Virus record (IMG/VR): IMGVR_UViG_2667527588_000007
Location: 1 to 41,084 of that record
From: a virus
Lineage: Duplodnaviria; Heunggongvirae; Uroviricota; Caudoviricetes
DNA length: 41,084 nt
Reading direction: 5' to 3' (one strand)
In this document: positions 27,470-37,517 of the stretch, piece by piece
Position numbering within the stretch: the first letter of the stretch is position 1
Layout of the letters: each line of letters starts with the position of its first letter
The notes under the pieces: generated by a model
What the model saw: the letters and a program-made list of their open reading frames with translations, nothing else
Databases searched by the model: none
What the model was told of the DNA's origin: nothing
Made by a program: the position numbers and the translations under genes

Positions 27470-29294
27470 ATTTGAGCTTAAGGCGTTGATCACCGGTGTC
27501 GACAGGCTTTCTCCCGCGCTGTCGAAAATGCAAAAGAAAATCCGGGGATTTAAACGCCAGGCGGAAGAAGCGTCACAGGGTGGGCTGGCGCTTGGTGGCG
27601 GACTGGCAGCGGGTCTGACGCTTTCCCTGAAATCTTATGCCGATCAGGAAAACGCCGCCACCGGGCTGAAAGTCGCCATGATGGATGCGAACAGCGAGGT
27701 TGGAAAGAGCTTTCAGGACATCAATAAACTGGCTATTGGCCTGGGTAACCAGCTACCCGGTACAACGGCTGATTTCCAGAACATGATGCAGATGCTGGTG
27801 CGTCAGGGGATCCCGGCAGAAAACATTCTTGGTGGTGTGGGTAAAGCGACAGCTTATCTTGCGGTACAACTGAAAAAAACACCGGAAGCGGCTGCTGAGT
27901 TTGCTGCAAAGATGCAGGATGCTACCGGAACGGCGTCAGAAGACATGATGGGGCTGTTCGACACTATCCAGAAGGCGTTTTATCTGGGCGTTGACGATAC
28001 CAACATGTTGTCCTTCTTCACTAAAACCAGTTCTGTTCTGAAGATGGTGAATAAGGACGGACTTCAGGCTGCACAGAGCCTTGCCCCTATCAGCGTCATG
28101 ATGGATCAGATGGGGATGAACGGGGAGTCGGCAGGTAATGCCCTGCGAAAAGTTATCCAGTCCGGATTAAGCGTTAAGAAAATCAGGGACGTCAATAAAG
28201 TCATGGCCCGCCAGAAACTCGGGGTACAGCTCGATTTTACTGACGGCAAAGGAAGTTTTGGCGGTCTTGATAACATGTTCAGGCAACTGGCAAAGCTGCG
28301 AAAACTGACCGACGTTAAGCGAACAGGTGTACTTAAGGCAATATTTGGTGATGATGCCGAAACCCTTCAGGTGGTCAATGCACTAATCGATAAAGGAAAG
28401 GATGGCTACGATCAGATCCAGCAGAAGATGAATAAACAGGCCAGCCTGAATAAACGTGTTCAGGCCCAGCTTGGTACGCTGTCCAACCTGTGGGAGGCAA
28501 TGACGGGGACCGCAACTAACGGCCTTGCGGCTATTGGTGGCGCATTTTCTGGTGACGCCAAAAATATCACGCAATGGCTGGGGGAGTTAGGGGAAAAATT
28601 CACGAAGTTTGCGGATGAAAATCCCCGGGTTATTCGCGGCGTCGTCGGGCTTGCTGCCGGTCTTGCGATTCTGAAACTGGGATTGATGGGCGTTGGCGGT
28701 GCCATCAGTATTGTCAGCAGGATCATGTCGATGACGCCGATTGGAATGATTGCGACGGCGATAGCCCTGGCTGCGGGATTAATTATCACTAACTGGGATG
28801 TTGTCGGACCTTATTTCAAGAAGCTCTGGGAAACCATTGGTCCTTATTTTGAGGCTGGCTGGGAACTTCTGAAGAAGGTTTTTGCCTGGTCGCCGCTGGG
28901 GATGGTAATCAATAACTGGGGACCGGTTGTTAAGTGGTTTCAGGATATGTGGGACAAGCTGAAGCCAATTATTGAGTGGTTTACCGACAGTTCCGGTGAC
29001 ACGGTCGATGCCATTAACTCTGCGCAGTGGGGCGCGGGTGCTTATGATGCTTATGGGACGGGAATACTGGCGCGGGGATACACACCTTATCAGGCGGTAG
29101 ATCCGGCTCAGTCAAACAACGCCTCCGATGCCACAGGCTCGAATCCCTTCATGATTAATAAAGCTACCGCGCCAAAAGTTGATGGTGAGATCAAGGTATC
29201 ATTTATAAATATGCCACCAGATATGCGGGTTACGGAAACACGCTCCAGTGGCATTGATATAAATCACGATGTTGGCTATACCCGATTTTGGTAG
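27462..29294 (+). CDS. tail tape measure protein
   Basis: 610 aa, Ala/Gly-rich with hydrophobic C-terminal region; AGGAGA RBS; follows chaperone pair. Confidence 0.9.
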   Translation: MAEFELKALITGVDRLSPALSKMQKKIRGFKRQAEEASQGGLALGGGLAAGLTLSLKSYADQENAATGLKVAMMDANSEVGKSFQDINKLAIGLGNQLPGTTADFQNMMQMLVRQGIPAENILGGVGKATAYLAVQLKKTPEAAAEFAAKMQDATGTASEDMMGLFDTIQKAFYLGVDDTNMLSFFTKTSSVLKMVNKDGLQAAQSLAPISVMMDQMGMNGESAGNALRKVIQSGLSVKKIRDVNKVMARQKLGVQLDFTDGKGSFGGLDNMFRQLAKLRKLTDVKRTGVLKAIFGDDAETLQVVNALIDKGKDGYDQIQQKMNKQASLNKRVQAQLGTLSNLWEAMTGTATNGLAAIGGAFSGDAKNITQWLGELGEKFTKFADENPRVIRGVVGLAAGLAILKLGLMGVGGAISIVSRIMSMTPIGMIATAIALAAGLIITNWDVVGPYFKKLWETIGPYFEAGWELLKKVFAWSPLGMVINNWGPVVKWFQDMWDKLKPIIEWFTDSSGDTVDAINSAQWGAGAYDAYGTGILARGYTPYQAVDPAQSNNASDATGSNPFMINKATAPKVDGEIKVSFINMPPDMRVTETRSSGIDINHDVGYTRFW

Positions 29295-29322
29295 CCAGGA
29301 TTCCCCTCACAGGTATTGCTGG

Positions 29323-29350
29323 TTGTAAGTCATAAATAGAGTGATAGAAT
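29323..29350 (+). promoter_or_regulatory. candidate sigma70 promoter for tail-cluster moron
   Basis: TTGTAA, 16-nt spacer, TAGAAT upstream of the 29386 ORF. Confidence 0.4.
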
Positions 29351-29385
29351 TAATGCACATTTAGAAAAATGTTAATAGGCGAAAA

Positions 29386-29916
29386 ATGAAAGGCTATATC
29401 ACAGCAAGTGTAATTCTTGGAGCAGCGGCTATTTTTTCATCTCTCATAATCTCTGGCAACATCTCCTTTAAAGATGAACATATTATTCAGTTATCTGGAG
29501 GAGCCATAAAACTTGGTGATGTTTATAAAGAAAATAAATTGATAAGTGCAAAGATTATTTTTCCAGATAATCAGGGTGAACAGATTCTTGTTGTCGACGG
29601 CAATCCTGAAAACTTTAAGGAGGATTTTCAGGAGAAATTAAATAAAGTAATAAAAACTTTAAATGCGTCAAAGAAAAAAGATGAAGAGAAAGTTAGCCTG
29701 GATAATTTAAGTGTTATTGAAGAGTCTAAACTAGAGCTCGTTTCTGCGGTGCGTTACTCTGCTCAGTATGTTCCTATGTTTACTCTGACGCTGGACAAAA
29801 AAGAAATTACCATGCCTAAAAATACGGTAATATTTCCATTTGCCAGCGATGAAACAGCTAAGTATTTAAATGAACAACAGCAAAAGTATAAAGATTCGTT
29901 GTTTCTGACTCGCTAA
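29386..29916 (+). CDS. hypothetical membrane-anchored protein (AT-rich moron inside tail cluster)
   Basis: 176 aa; N-terminal hydrophobic anchor (ITASVILGAAAIFSSLIISG); Lys/Glu-rich; own promoter and terminator. Confidence 0.6.
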   Translation: MKGYITASVILGAAAIFSSLIISGNISFKDEHIIQLSGGAIKLGDVYKENKLISAKIIFPDNQGEQILVVDGNPENFKEDFQEKLNKVIKTLNASKKKDEEKVSLDNLSVIEESKLELVSAVRYSAQYVPMFTLTLDKKEITMPKNTVIFPFASDETAKYLNEQQQKYKDSLFLTR

Positions 29917-29934
29917 TTAATAAAATTCATTACA

Positions 29935-29965
29935 AGGCCACCTTCTAATAGGTGGCTTTTTTATT
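29935..29965 (+). terminator. intrinsic terminator after tail-cluster moron
   Basis: GGCCACC-TTCTAATA-GGTGGC hairpin followed by TTTTTTATTTT. Confidence 0.8.
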
Positions 29966-29977
29966 TTCGGAGTGTAT

Positions 29978-31306
29978 ATGACGTGGAAAGACAGGCTTCA
30001 GGATGCGTCATTTCGAGGTGTGCCGTTTAAGGTTGAAGAAGAAAGTGCGGGAACCGGTCGCCGTGTGGAAACACATGAATACCCGAACCGCGACAAGCCC
30101 TATACCGAAGATCTGGGAAAAGTCACTTTCCGCCCGTCCATCACAGCTTATGTGGTGGGAGATGACTGCTTTGACCAGCGCGATCGCCTGATTGAAGCGC
30201 TGAATAAACCAGGTCCCGGCACGCTTGTCCACCCGACATATGGTGAGCTGAAAGTCTGTGTTGACGGGGAAGTTCGGGTCAGCACATCGAAAAGTGAAGG
30301 GCGTATTGTCCGCTTTGACCTGAAGTTTGTCGAAGCGGGAGAACTCTCTTACCCCACATCAGGCGTGGCGACGGCGCAGACGCTGATGTCATCCTGTTCT
30401 GCACTGGATGACTGCATCAGTGACAGTTTCAGTAGTTTCAGTATCGATGGCGTGGCAGATTTTGTGCAGAACGACGTCGTCGGTAATGCCAGCACAATGC
30501 TTGGGTATGTTTCTGATGCGATGAAAGTGGTGGATTCTGCCGTATCGGATGCCGCCAGGCTGTTGCAGGGGGATATCTCGGTACTTCTGCCGCCGCCATC
30601 GTCAGGCAAAAATTTCGTTGAGCAGGTGCAGAAAATGTGGCGTACCGGGAAACGCCTTTATGGTAACGCCAGCGACCTGGTCACCATGATCAAAACGCTT
30701 TCCGGTGTCAGCCTCGGCAGCGATCTGCAACCGCGCGGCGTCTGGAAAACGGACAGTAAAACCACCGCCACGGCTACGCAGCAGCGTAACGTGGTTGCCA
30801 GCACCCTTCGTACGACCGCAATCAGCGAAGCGACGTATGCCGTCACCCGATTGCCTGCGCCAACAACTTCCGCGGTGATGCAGAATGCCGCAGTGGGGCA
30901 GGCAACAACACCTGCGCAGAGCACTGGCTGGCCTTCCGTCACGCATCCGGCACTGAACAATGCACCGGCGGTGAAAAACACAGTTGACCTGCCGACGTGG
31001 GAAGAACTGACTGACATTCGCGACACACTGAATACGGCAATTGATAAGGAGTTGTCCCGTACAACCAGTGATGCGCTGTTTCTGGCGCTGCGCCGGGTGA
31101 AAGCAGATCTGAATGCGGATATCAACACGCGCCTTGAACAGTCTGCACGGATCATTCAGCGCGCACCGGATGAGGTTTTACCCGCGCTGGTGCTGGCGGC
31201 GACCTGGTTTGATAACGCGGCGCGTGACGCGGACATTATTCGGCGTAATGCCATTACGCATCCCGGCTTTGTGCCGGTGATCCCTCTGAAGGTGCCAGTG
31301 CAATGA
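29978..31306 (+). CDS. DNA circulation protein (Mu gpN-like)
   Basis: ATG at 29978 with GGAG RBS 6 nt upstream; N-terminal region typical of Mu N family; follows tape measure. Confidence 0.7.
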   Translation: MTWKDRLQDASFRGVPFKVEEESAGTGRRVETHEYPNRDKPYTEDLGKVTFRPSITAYVVGDDCFDQRDRLIEALNKPGPGTLVHPTYGELKVCVDGEVRVSTSKSEGRIVRFDLKFVEAGELSYPTSGVATAQTLMSSCSALDDCISDSFSSFSIDGVADFVQNDVVGNASTMLGYVSDAMKVVDSAVSDAARLLQGDISVLLPPPSSGKNFVEQVQKMWRTGKRLYGNASDLVTMIKTLSGVSLGSDLQPRGVWKTDSKTTATATQQRNVVASTLRTTAISEATYAVTRLPAPTTSAVMQNAAVGQATTPAQSTGWPSVTHPALNNAPAVKNTVDLPTWEELTDIRDTLNTAIDKELSRTTSDALFLALRRVKADLNADINTRLEQSARIIQRAPDEVLPALVLAATWFDNAARDADIIRRNAITHPGFVPVIPLKVPVQ

Positions 31307-32382
31307 ACGACAATGTCACGCTACGGGTAAATGGCCGGGAGTGGAATGGCTGGACATCGGTGCGCATCGGTGCCGGTATTGAACGGCTGGCGCGGGATTT
31401 CAGTGTGGAGATCACCCGCCAGTGGCCGGGTGATGAGGGTATCACCACGCTTCAGCCGCGCATTAAAAACGGTTCAAAAGTGGAGGTGCTGATTGGTGAT
31501 GAGCTGGTGATCACCGGCTGGGTGGAGGCGACGCCCGTTCGTTACGATGCCCGTTCGGTCAGCACCGGTATTGCCGGACGCAGTCTGACCGCTGACCTGA
31601 TTGACTGTGCAGCCGAACCGACACAGTTTAACGGACGATCGCTGGTACAGATTGCGCAGGCGCTTGCTGCGCCTTTCGGCATTGAGGTGGTGAACAACGG
31701 TGCGCCGTCGGGTGTTATTCCTGACATCCAGCCTGATCACGGCGAAACGGTGATTGAGGTGATCAACAAAATACTCGGTCAGCAGCAGGCACTGGCTTAC
31801 GACGACCCGCACGGCAGGCTGGTGATTGGCGGTATTGGCTCAACTCGGGCACATACCGCGCTGGTACTTGGGGAAAACATCCTTTCCTGCGATACGGAGA
31901 AGAGTATCCGGGAGCGGTTTTCAGTTTACCAGGTGGCGGGGCAGCGTGCCGGAAACGACGATGATTTCGGTGAGGCCACCACCACCGCGCTGCGGGCCCG
32001 CACAGAGGACGCATTTATTGCCCGTTACCGTCCGATGTATATCAGGCAGACAGGGCAGGCCACGGGGGCAGGCTGTATTGCGCGTGCTGACTTTGAAGCC
32101 CGACAACGGGCGGCGCGGACGGATGAAACCACTTATGTGGTGCAGGGCTGGCGACAGGGTAACGGTACGCTGTGGCAGCCCAACCAGCGGGTGATTGTCT
32201 TCGATCCGGTCTGTGGTTTCGACAATACCGAACTGCTTGTTTCGGAAGTCACGTTTACTCAGGACCAGAACGGCACCCTGACGGAAATCCGTGTCGGCCC
32301 GCCTGATGCTTATCTGCCTGAACCCGAAGATCCCGGCGCGCGGAAAAAGAAAAAAGCCAGAGTACAGGAGGACCCGTTCTGA
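31303..32382 (+). CDS. baseplate hub / tail protein (Mu gpP-like)
   Basis: 359 aa; ATGA coupling; position in Mu-like baseplate module. Confidence 0.7.
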   Translation: MNDNVTLRVNGREWNGWTSVRIGAGIERLARDFSVEITRQWPGDEGITTLQPRIKNGSKVEVLIGDELVITGWVEATPVRYDARSVSTGIAGRSLTADLIDCAAEPTQFNGRSLVQIAQALAAPFGIEVVNNGAPSGVIPDIQPDHGETVIEVINKILGQQQALAYDDPHGRLVIGGIGSTRAHTALVLGENILSCDTEKSIRERFSVYQVAGQRAGNDDDFGEATTTALRARTEDAFIARYRPMYIRQTGQATGAGCIARADFEARQRAARTDETTYVVQGWRQGNGTLWQPNQRVIVFDPVCGFDNTELLVSEVTFTQDQNGTLTEIRVGPPDAYLPEPEDPGARKKKKARVQEDPF

Positions 32383-32930
32383 TGAGGGCGATTGAAGCCA
32401 TGCAGCGACAACTTCTCGGCCTGATTGGGCGGGCCGTGGTGAAAAGCATCAGTGCCGCCACGAAATGTCAGACCGTGGATGTGTCCCTGATTGCCGGTGA
32501 ACCCAAAGCCGGGGTTGAACATCTTGAACCCTACGGTTTTACCGCAAGGGCAAACAGCGGTGCGGAAGCGGTGGTGTTGTTTCCGGATGGCGACCGTTCT
32601 CATGCGGTGGTTGTTACGGTGTCGGACCGGCGCTACCGCCTGAAAGGGCTGCAGACGGGTGAGGTGGCTGTCTATGACGATCAGGGGCAGTCCGTGACGC
32701 TGACCCGGGAGGGGATCGTGGTGGACGGTGCAGGTAAAACGATCACGTTTCGCAATTCACCTAAAGCACGTTTTGAAATGGACCTGGAAGTGACAGGACA
32801 GGTGAAAGACCTGTGCGACTCCAGCGGCACTACCATGTCAGCGATGCGGCTTGCCTATAACGGGCATCGTCACAGAGAGAACGGTCAGGGCAGTAACACC
32901 GACAAACCGGATAAAGCGATGGAGGCATGA
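32382..32930 (+). CDS. baseplate assembly protein V / spike (Mu gp45-like)
   Basis: 182 aa; gene order and size. Confidence 0.7.
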   Translation: MRAIEAMQRQLLGLIGRAVVKSISAATKCQTVDVSLIAGEPKAGVEHLEPYGFTARANSGAEAVVLFPDGDRSHAVVVTVSDRRYRLKGLQTGEVAVYDDQGQSVTLTREGIVVDGAGKTITFRNSPKARFEMDLEVTGQVKDLCDSSGTTMSAMRLAYNGHRHRENGQGSNTDKPDKAMEA

Positions 32931-33355
32931 TGGAACTGTGGCTGACGGTGAACGGTAAACGCACCTGCGCCAGCGCACCGCTGGATCCGCTGACCCGCGC
33001 CGTGGTGATTTCCCTGTTTACCTGGCGGCGGGCGGAGCCTGATGACAACGCCGACGTCCCGATGGGATGGTGGGGGGATACCTGGCCTGCGGTACAGAAT
33101 GACCGTTACGGCTCCCGACTGTGGCTGCTTCAGCGCAGCAAACTGACCAATCAGCTGGTGCAGACGGTAAGGGGGTATATCCGCGAATGCCTGCAATGGA
33201 TGATTGATGACGGCGTGGTGTCCCGTATTGATCTGGATATCCGCCGCACCGGGATTAATGAGCTGGGTAACAGTATCACCCTCTGGCGTCGTGACGGACC
33301 GGTAATGATTTCTTTTGATGATCTGTGGAGTGCGATAACGCATGGCGGACAGTGA
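32927..33355 (+). CDS. baseplate protein (Mu gp46-like)
   Basis: 142 aa, coupled to neighbours. Confidence 0.65.
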   Translation: MMELWLTVNGKRTCASAPLDPLTRAVVISLFTWRRAEPDDNADVPMGWWGDTWPAVQNDRYGSRLWLLQRSKLTNQLVQTVRGYIRECLQWMIDDGVVSRIDLDIRRTGINELGNSITLWRRDGPVMISFDDLWSAITHGGQ

Positions 33356-34400
33356 ATTTCAGCGCCCGACGCTGGCAGAAAATATCAGTATGCTCCGTAA
33401 CGATTTATTCGCCAGGCTGGACGTCAGCGACACGCTCCGGCGCATGGATGAAGACGTGCGGGCAAAGGTGTATGCGGCGGCGCTGCATACGGTTTACGGG
33501 TACATCGATTATCTGGCAATGAACATTCTGCCTGACCTGTGCGATGAGTCCTGGCTGGCGCGACATGCTGCGATGAAACGGTGTCCGCGCAAGGGGGCCA
33601 CGGCTGCCAGCGGGTATATGCGCTGGGAAGGTGTCAGCGATGGCCTGAAGGTGACCGCCGGGAGTGTTATTCAGCGCGATGACCTGGTGCAGTACACGGC
33701 AACTGCCGATGCAACCAGCTCCGGTGGTGTCCTGCGCGTGCCGATCGCCTGCTCAAATGCAGGCGCGGTCGGTAACGCTGACGACGGTACGGCATTAATC
33801 CTGGTCACGCCGGTGAATGGTCTGCCGTCTTCCGGTGTGGCTGACACCCTGACAGGCGGATTTGATACTGAAGAGCTGGAAACGTGGCGCGCCCGCGTCA
33901 TTGAGCGGTATTACTGGACGCCGCAGGGTGGGGCTGACGGGGACTATGTCGTCTGGGCTAAAGAAGTGCCCGGCATTACCCGCGCATGGACATACCGTCA
34001 CTGGATGGGAACGGGAACTGTCGGTGTGATGATTGCCAGCAGTGACCTGATTAATCCCATTCCGGAAGAATCAACGGAAACGGCGGCAAGACAACATATC
34101 GGGCCACTGGCCCCGGTGGCAGGCTCTGATTTGTATGTGTTCAGGCCGGTGGCACATACGGTGGATTTTCATATCCGCGTGACGCCGGACACACCGGAAA
34201 TACGGGCTGCCATCACCGCGGAGTTGCGTTCGCTCCTGCTGCGTGATGGTTATCCGCAGGGAGAACTGAAGGTATCGCGTATCAGTGAGGCGATTTCCGG
34301 TGCGAACGGGGAATACAGCCATCAGTTGCTTGCACCGGCAGACAATATCTCCATTGCAAAAAATGAACTGGCGGTACTGGGGACGATTTCATGGACGTGA
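33342..34400 (+). CDS. baseplate J-like protein (Mu gp47-like)
   Basis: 352 aa; position upstream of tail fibre genes. Confidence 0.7.
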   Translation: MADSEFQRPTLAENISMLRNDLFARLDVSDTLRRMDEDVRAKVYAAALHTVYGYIDYLAMNILPDLCDESWLARHAAMKRCPRKGATAASGYMRWEGVSDGLKVTAGSVIQRDDLVQYTATADATSSGGVLRVPIACSNAGAVGNADDGTALILVTPVNGLPSSGVADTLTGGFDTEELETWRARVIERYYWTPQGGADGDYVVWAKEVPGITRAWTYRHWMGTGTVGVMIASSDLINPIPEESTETAARQHIGPLAPVAGSDLYVFRPVAHTVDFHIRVTPDTPEIRAAITAELRSLLLRDGYPQGELKVSRISEAISGANGEYSHQLLAPADNISIAKNELAVLGTISWT

Positions 34401-34975
34401 CAAACGATGATTACATCCGTCTGTTGTCGGCACTGTTGCCCCCCGGTCCGGCGTGGTCAGCCAGCGATCCGGCGATTGCCGGTGCGGCACCGTCATTAAC
34501 CCGCGTTCATCAGCGTGCGGATGCCCTGATGCGGGAGCTGGATCCGCGCACCACCACTGAACTGATAAACCGCTGGGAGCGTCTGTGCGGTCTGCCGGAT
34601 GAATGTATTCCCGCAGGGACACAGACCCTTCGCCAGCGTCAGCAACGGCTGGATGCGAAGGTTAACCTGGCGGGCGGCATCAACGAGAATTTTTATCTTG
34701 CACAGCTTGCTGCCCTGGGCAGACCAGACGCTACCATCACGCGATACGACAAAAGCACGTTCACCTGCTCATCGGCCTGTACTGACGCGGTGAATGCGCC
34801 GGAATGGCGGTATTACTGGCAGGTCAACATGCCAGCCGCCACAAACACCACCTGGATGACATGTGGCGATCCCTGTGATTCCGCGCTGCGTATCTGGGGC
34901 GACACCGTTGTCGAATGTGTGCTTAACAAACTCTGCCCGTCGCATACCTACGTAATTTTTAAATATCCGGAGTAA
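34391..34975 (+). CDS. tail protein, DUF2313 / YmfQ-like (Mu gp48-like)
   Basis: 194 aa; recalled similarity to e14 YmfQ-type proteins; precedes tail fibre. Confidence 0.6.
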   Translation: MDVTNDDYIRLLSALLPPGPAWSASDPAIAGAAPSLTRVHQRADALMRELDPRTTTELINRWERLCGLPDECIPAGTQTLRQRQQRLDAKVNLAGGINENFYLAQLAALGRPDATITRYDKSTFTCSSACTDAVNAPEWRYYWQVNMPAATNTTWMTCGDPCDSALRIWGDTVVECVLNKLCPSHTYVIFKYPE

Positions 34976-34978
34976 TCC

Positions 34979-35626
34979 ATGCATCGTATAGACACGAAAA
35001 CCGCGCAGAAGGATAAGTTCGGCGCGGGTAAGAACGGTTTTACCCGTGGTAACCCCCAGACAGGCACGCCTGCCACCGATCTGGATGATGACTACTTTGA
35101 CATGTTGCAGGAAGAACTCTGCAGCGTGGTGGAGGCATCCGGTGCCAGCCTGGAGAAGGGGCGAAACGACCAGTTGCTTACCGCGCTTCGTGCTCTGCTG
35201 TTAAGCCGCAAGAATCCGTTTGGTGATATCAAATCGGATGGCACGGTGAAAATGGCTCTCGAAAACCTTGGTTTGGGAGAAGCGGCAAAACGGAATGTGG
35301 GGACAGGAGAAAATCAGGTACCGGATATGAACAACTTTGGTAACTCATTGACCGCCAATGGATACCAGAAATTACCTGGGGGGATGATTATTCAATGGGG
35401 GAGTTTTTCTGTCTCACCAACCGGAGGAAGTGTTGGAACAGTTGATATAACATTACCTGTAGCTTTCCCTGCTGCTTGTCGTTCGGTAAACGCTCTTATT
35501 TCAACTAATGATCCTTCTGCCCGTTCTGTGGGCTTTGATATTGGAAGTACCAACAGAACTAAAATCAGATTTACTTACACTTCTGCTACAACAAATTCAA
35601 TTTACTGGATGGCTGTGGGGTATTAA
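34979..35626 (+). CDS. tail fibre protein (constant N-terminal part plus variable C-terminal part in current orientation)
   Basis: 215 aa; ORF crosses the left inversion site at 35258-35281 in frame. Confidence 0.75.
   Translation: MHRIDTKTAQKDKFGAGKNGFTRGNPQTGTPATDLDDDYFDMLQEELCSVVEASGASLEKGRNDQLLTALRALLLSRKNPFGDIKSDGTVKMALENLGLGEAAKRNVGTGENQVPDMNNFGNSLTANGYQKLPGGMIIQWGSFSVSPTGGSVGTVDITLPVAFPAACRSVNALISTNDPSARSVGFDIGSTNRTKIRFTYTSATTNSIYWMAVGY
35258..35281. repeat. left recombination site of invertible segment (gix/hix-like)
   Basis: CTCGAAAACCTTGGTTTGGGAGAA; inverted relative to 37081-37106 with 2 central mismatches over about 20 bp. Confidence 0.7.
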
Positions 35627-35628
35627 CT

Positions 35629-36060
35629 ATGGAAAAGACATATTATTTTAATCCCTCTGATTCGGGATTTTATATTTCACCAGATAGCCAAACCATTCCT
35701 GAGAACGCTACGAAAATAAACTTTACTATTTATTCTGAGTTCGCAGGAGTTGCATGGCCTGATGGTAAAATACTTGGTTCAGATAAAAATGGTTTTCCAG
35801 CATGGCAGGATGCGCCACCACTTACCAGCGAAGAATTAATCTCAATCGCTGAATCAAATAAACAGCGATTAGTTAATCAGGCCAACGAATACATGAACAG
35901 TAAACAATGGCCTGGTAAAGCGGCGATTGGTCGTCTGAAAGGTGAGGAACTGGCGCAATATAATTTGTGGCTGGATTATCTGGACGCACTGGAACTGGTC
36001 GATACTTCCGGTGCGCCAGATATTGAATGGCCTACTCCTCCGGCAGTTCAGGCCAGATGA
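35629..36060 (+). CDS. tail fibre assembly protein
   Basis: 143 aa; C-terminal ...DYLDALELVDTSGAPDIEWPTPP motif shared with the inverted copy on the minus strand. Confidence 0.8.
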   Translation: MEKTYYFNPSDSGFYISPDSQTIPENATKINFTIYSEFAGVAWPDGKILGSDKNGFPAWQDAPPLTSEELISIAESNKQRLVNQANEYMNSKQWPGKAAIGRLKGEELAQYNLWLDYLDALELVDTSGAPDIEWPTPPAVQAR

Positions 36061-36634
36061 CATCCGGCGCGGTGCTGGTATCCGTTGCCGTCACCGCGTC
36101 AATGTAATCCAGCACAGCGTTTAGTCGGGTGGTTTCTGTCTGCGTCAGCTTCCTCCCGGCCTGCAATTTCAGTTGAATCAGACTAATGGAAGCCATTGCA
36201 GTATCAATTAGTGACTGTCGCTGTACTTCTGCCGCTTTTACTGCGGCACCATATTGTGCCTCAGTATCTGTCACCCATTTCTCACCATCCCATTTATCGT
36301 ATGGCGTTAATGGGACGATAGTGGTTGTATTTTCAGGGTAATCACCCGGAGCTGTGATTTCTTTTGATTCTCCTGTTTCAGTGCTATAGACAAATTCACC
36401 ACGATGGTCTGGCACATATATCCACGAGTTAAAATCTTCAGAACGGCAAATTGCATAACCAGTTTTGTATGGGCCAGGGGCATCTAAACAGGAACATGCC
36501 GGAATGCCGACACCAATGGCAAGATATTCTGTTGATGTGGAAATATATTCCCGCGTTTCACCATCATAATTATAAACGGTTATGTCTCCCGCTTTTATGG
36601 CAATGAGTTCGTTATTTAAGACAACTTTATTCAT
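36032..36634 (-). CDS. alternative tail fibre assembly protein (inverted orientation)
   Basis: 200 aa on minus strand; C-terminal ...DYIDAVTATDTSTAPDVIWPELP paralogous to 35629-36060 product. Confidence 0.75.
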   Translation of the reverse strand: MNKVVLNNELIAIKAGDITVYNYDGETREYISTSTEYLAIGVGIPACSCLDAPGPYKTGYAICRSEDFNSWIYVPDHRGEFVYSTETGESKEITAPGDYPENTTTIVPLTPYDKWDGEKWVTDTEAQYGAAVKAAEVQRQSLIDTAMASISLIQLKLQAGRKLTQTETTRLNAVLDYIDAVTATDTSTAPDVIWPELPEE

Positions 36635-37089
36635 CAGGCAGCCCTCACGATATAATTAAAGGCAATGTTACGAGGTCGGTTTTCGTTTGCAGTTGGAACA
36701 ACTCTGGAAGCATCGAATGTTACTCGCTTTGCATAACCACCTTTAATTGAATCCGATGAAGCATCTCCGATGACGCTGGTTGTAAAAACGCCAGAATCAG
36801 AAGGATAGGTATTGAACCTGACATCCACTAATGCACCAATTATATTTCGAATGGCATCGCCCTGTGATGAAAGCAAGCTACGGTTAGTATCTATTCCTCT
36901 TCCGTCATCCCAGCCACGAATAAACTCACCACGTAAATCTGGCAATTTATTTGTCGGATAAACTTTTGCCAGTTCCGGATACTCTTCGGCAGAAAAAGGC
37001 GCACCATTGCATTTCAGCCAGCCTGTTGGCGGAGTGGCTGAAGGCCACGGAACAGGCACACCAACGGGTAATGCCGAACCTTCTCCCAA
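36634..37089 (-). CDS. alternative tail fibre C-terminal segment (promoterless; expressed only after inversion)
   Basis: 151-aa ORF beginning inside the right inversion site; would fuse in frame (…LGLGE/GSALPVG…) to the constant fibre part after inversion. Confidence 0.65.
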   Translation of the reverse strand: MGEGSALPVGVPVPWPSATPPTGWLKCNGAPFSAEEYPELAKVYPTNKLPDLRGEFIRGWDDGRGIDTNRSLLSSQGDAIRNIIGALVDVRFNTYPSDSGVFTTSVIGDASSDSIKGGYAKRVTFDASRVVPTANENRPRNIAFNYIVRAA

Positions 37090-37106
37090 ACCAACCTTTT
37101 AGAAAA
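37081..37106. repeat. right recombination site of invertible segment
   Basis: TTCTCCCAAACCAACCTTTTAGAAAA, reverse complement of left site; directly upstream of invertase remnant. Confidence 0.7.
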
Positions 37107-37159
37107 TGCAGTAATTCCGCTCAGATGGCATGATCCAAGCTTTTTAAGGGGCATTTCTC

Positions 37160-37498
37160 ATGCTCATCGGTTATGTACGTGTGTCAACAAATGACCAGAA
37201 CACCGCATTGCAACGAAACGCACTGGAGTGCGCAGGATGTGAACTGATATTCGAGGATAAGATCAGCGGCAGATGGGGGGGCAGTCAGGGGGTTGCCCAG
37301 CTCAATTTGTTTGATGAAAACGCGCCACGCCCGGGTAGTGAGAAACTGATGGAAGTGTTGGATCACCTCAACGCCAAAGACGGCAGGGGAACCTTGTACT
37401 TTACCAGGCAGGGTATCCAGCCACAGTTGCAGATGAAACGCGAGATGCTTTCACCTAGATATACAACGAGATATGATGACATATTAAGAGTTAAATAG
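37160..37498 (+). pseudogene. serine DNA invertase (Pin/Gin/Hin family) remnant: only the first 37 codons conserved
   Basis: MLIGYVRVSTNDQNTALQRNALECAGCELIFEDKISG matches invertase N-terminus including catalytic Ser; downstream sequence in all frames lacks the remaining catalytic core; break coincides with a G7 run. Confidence 0.7.
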
Positions 37499-37517
37499 AA
37501 CATCAGCGAGGTGATAA

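Larger units (their letters stand above)
35258..37106. other. invertible tail-fibre host-range segment (G-segment-like, about 1.85 kb)
   Basis: Inverted-repeat sites flanking two oppositely oriented fibre C-terminus and assembly-protein gene pairs, with invertase gene adjacent. Confidence 0.75.
1445..37498. mobile_element. mosaic temperate prophage integrated at thrW (left junction at tRNA 3' end; right boundary not identified in window)
   Basis: Integrase 15 bp from the tRNA 3' end, followed by a full complement of immunity, replication, lysis, packaging, head and tail genes; no direct repeat of the tRNA 3' end found downstream. Confidence 0.85.

Noticed and set aside
30349-31155. Minus-strand ORFs within the Mu N-like gene
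   Set aside because: Antisense shadows in a GC-rich structural gene.
37160-37498. Intact site-specific invertase gene
   Set aside because: Homology ends after codon 37 and no frame downstream restores the conserved catalytic core; treated as a remnant.
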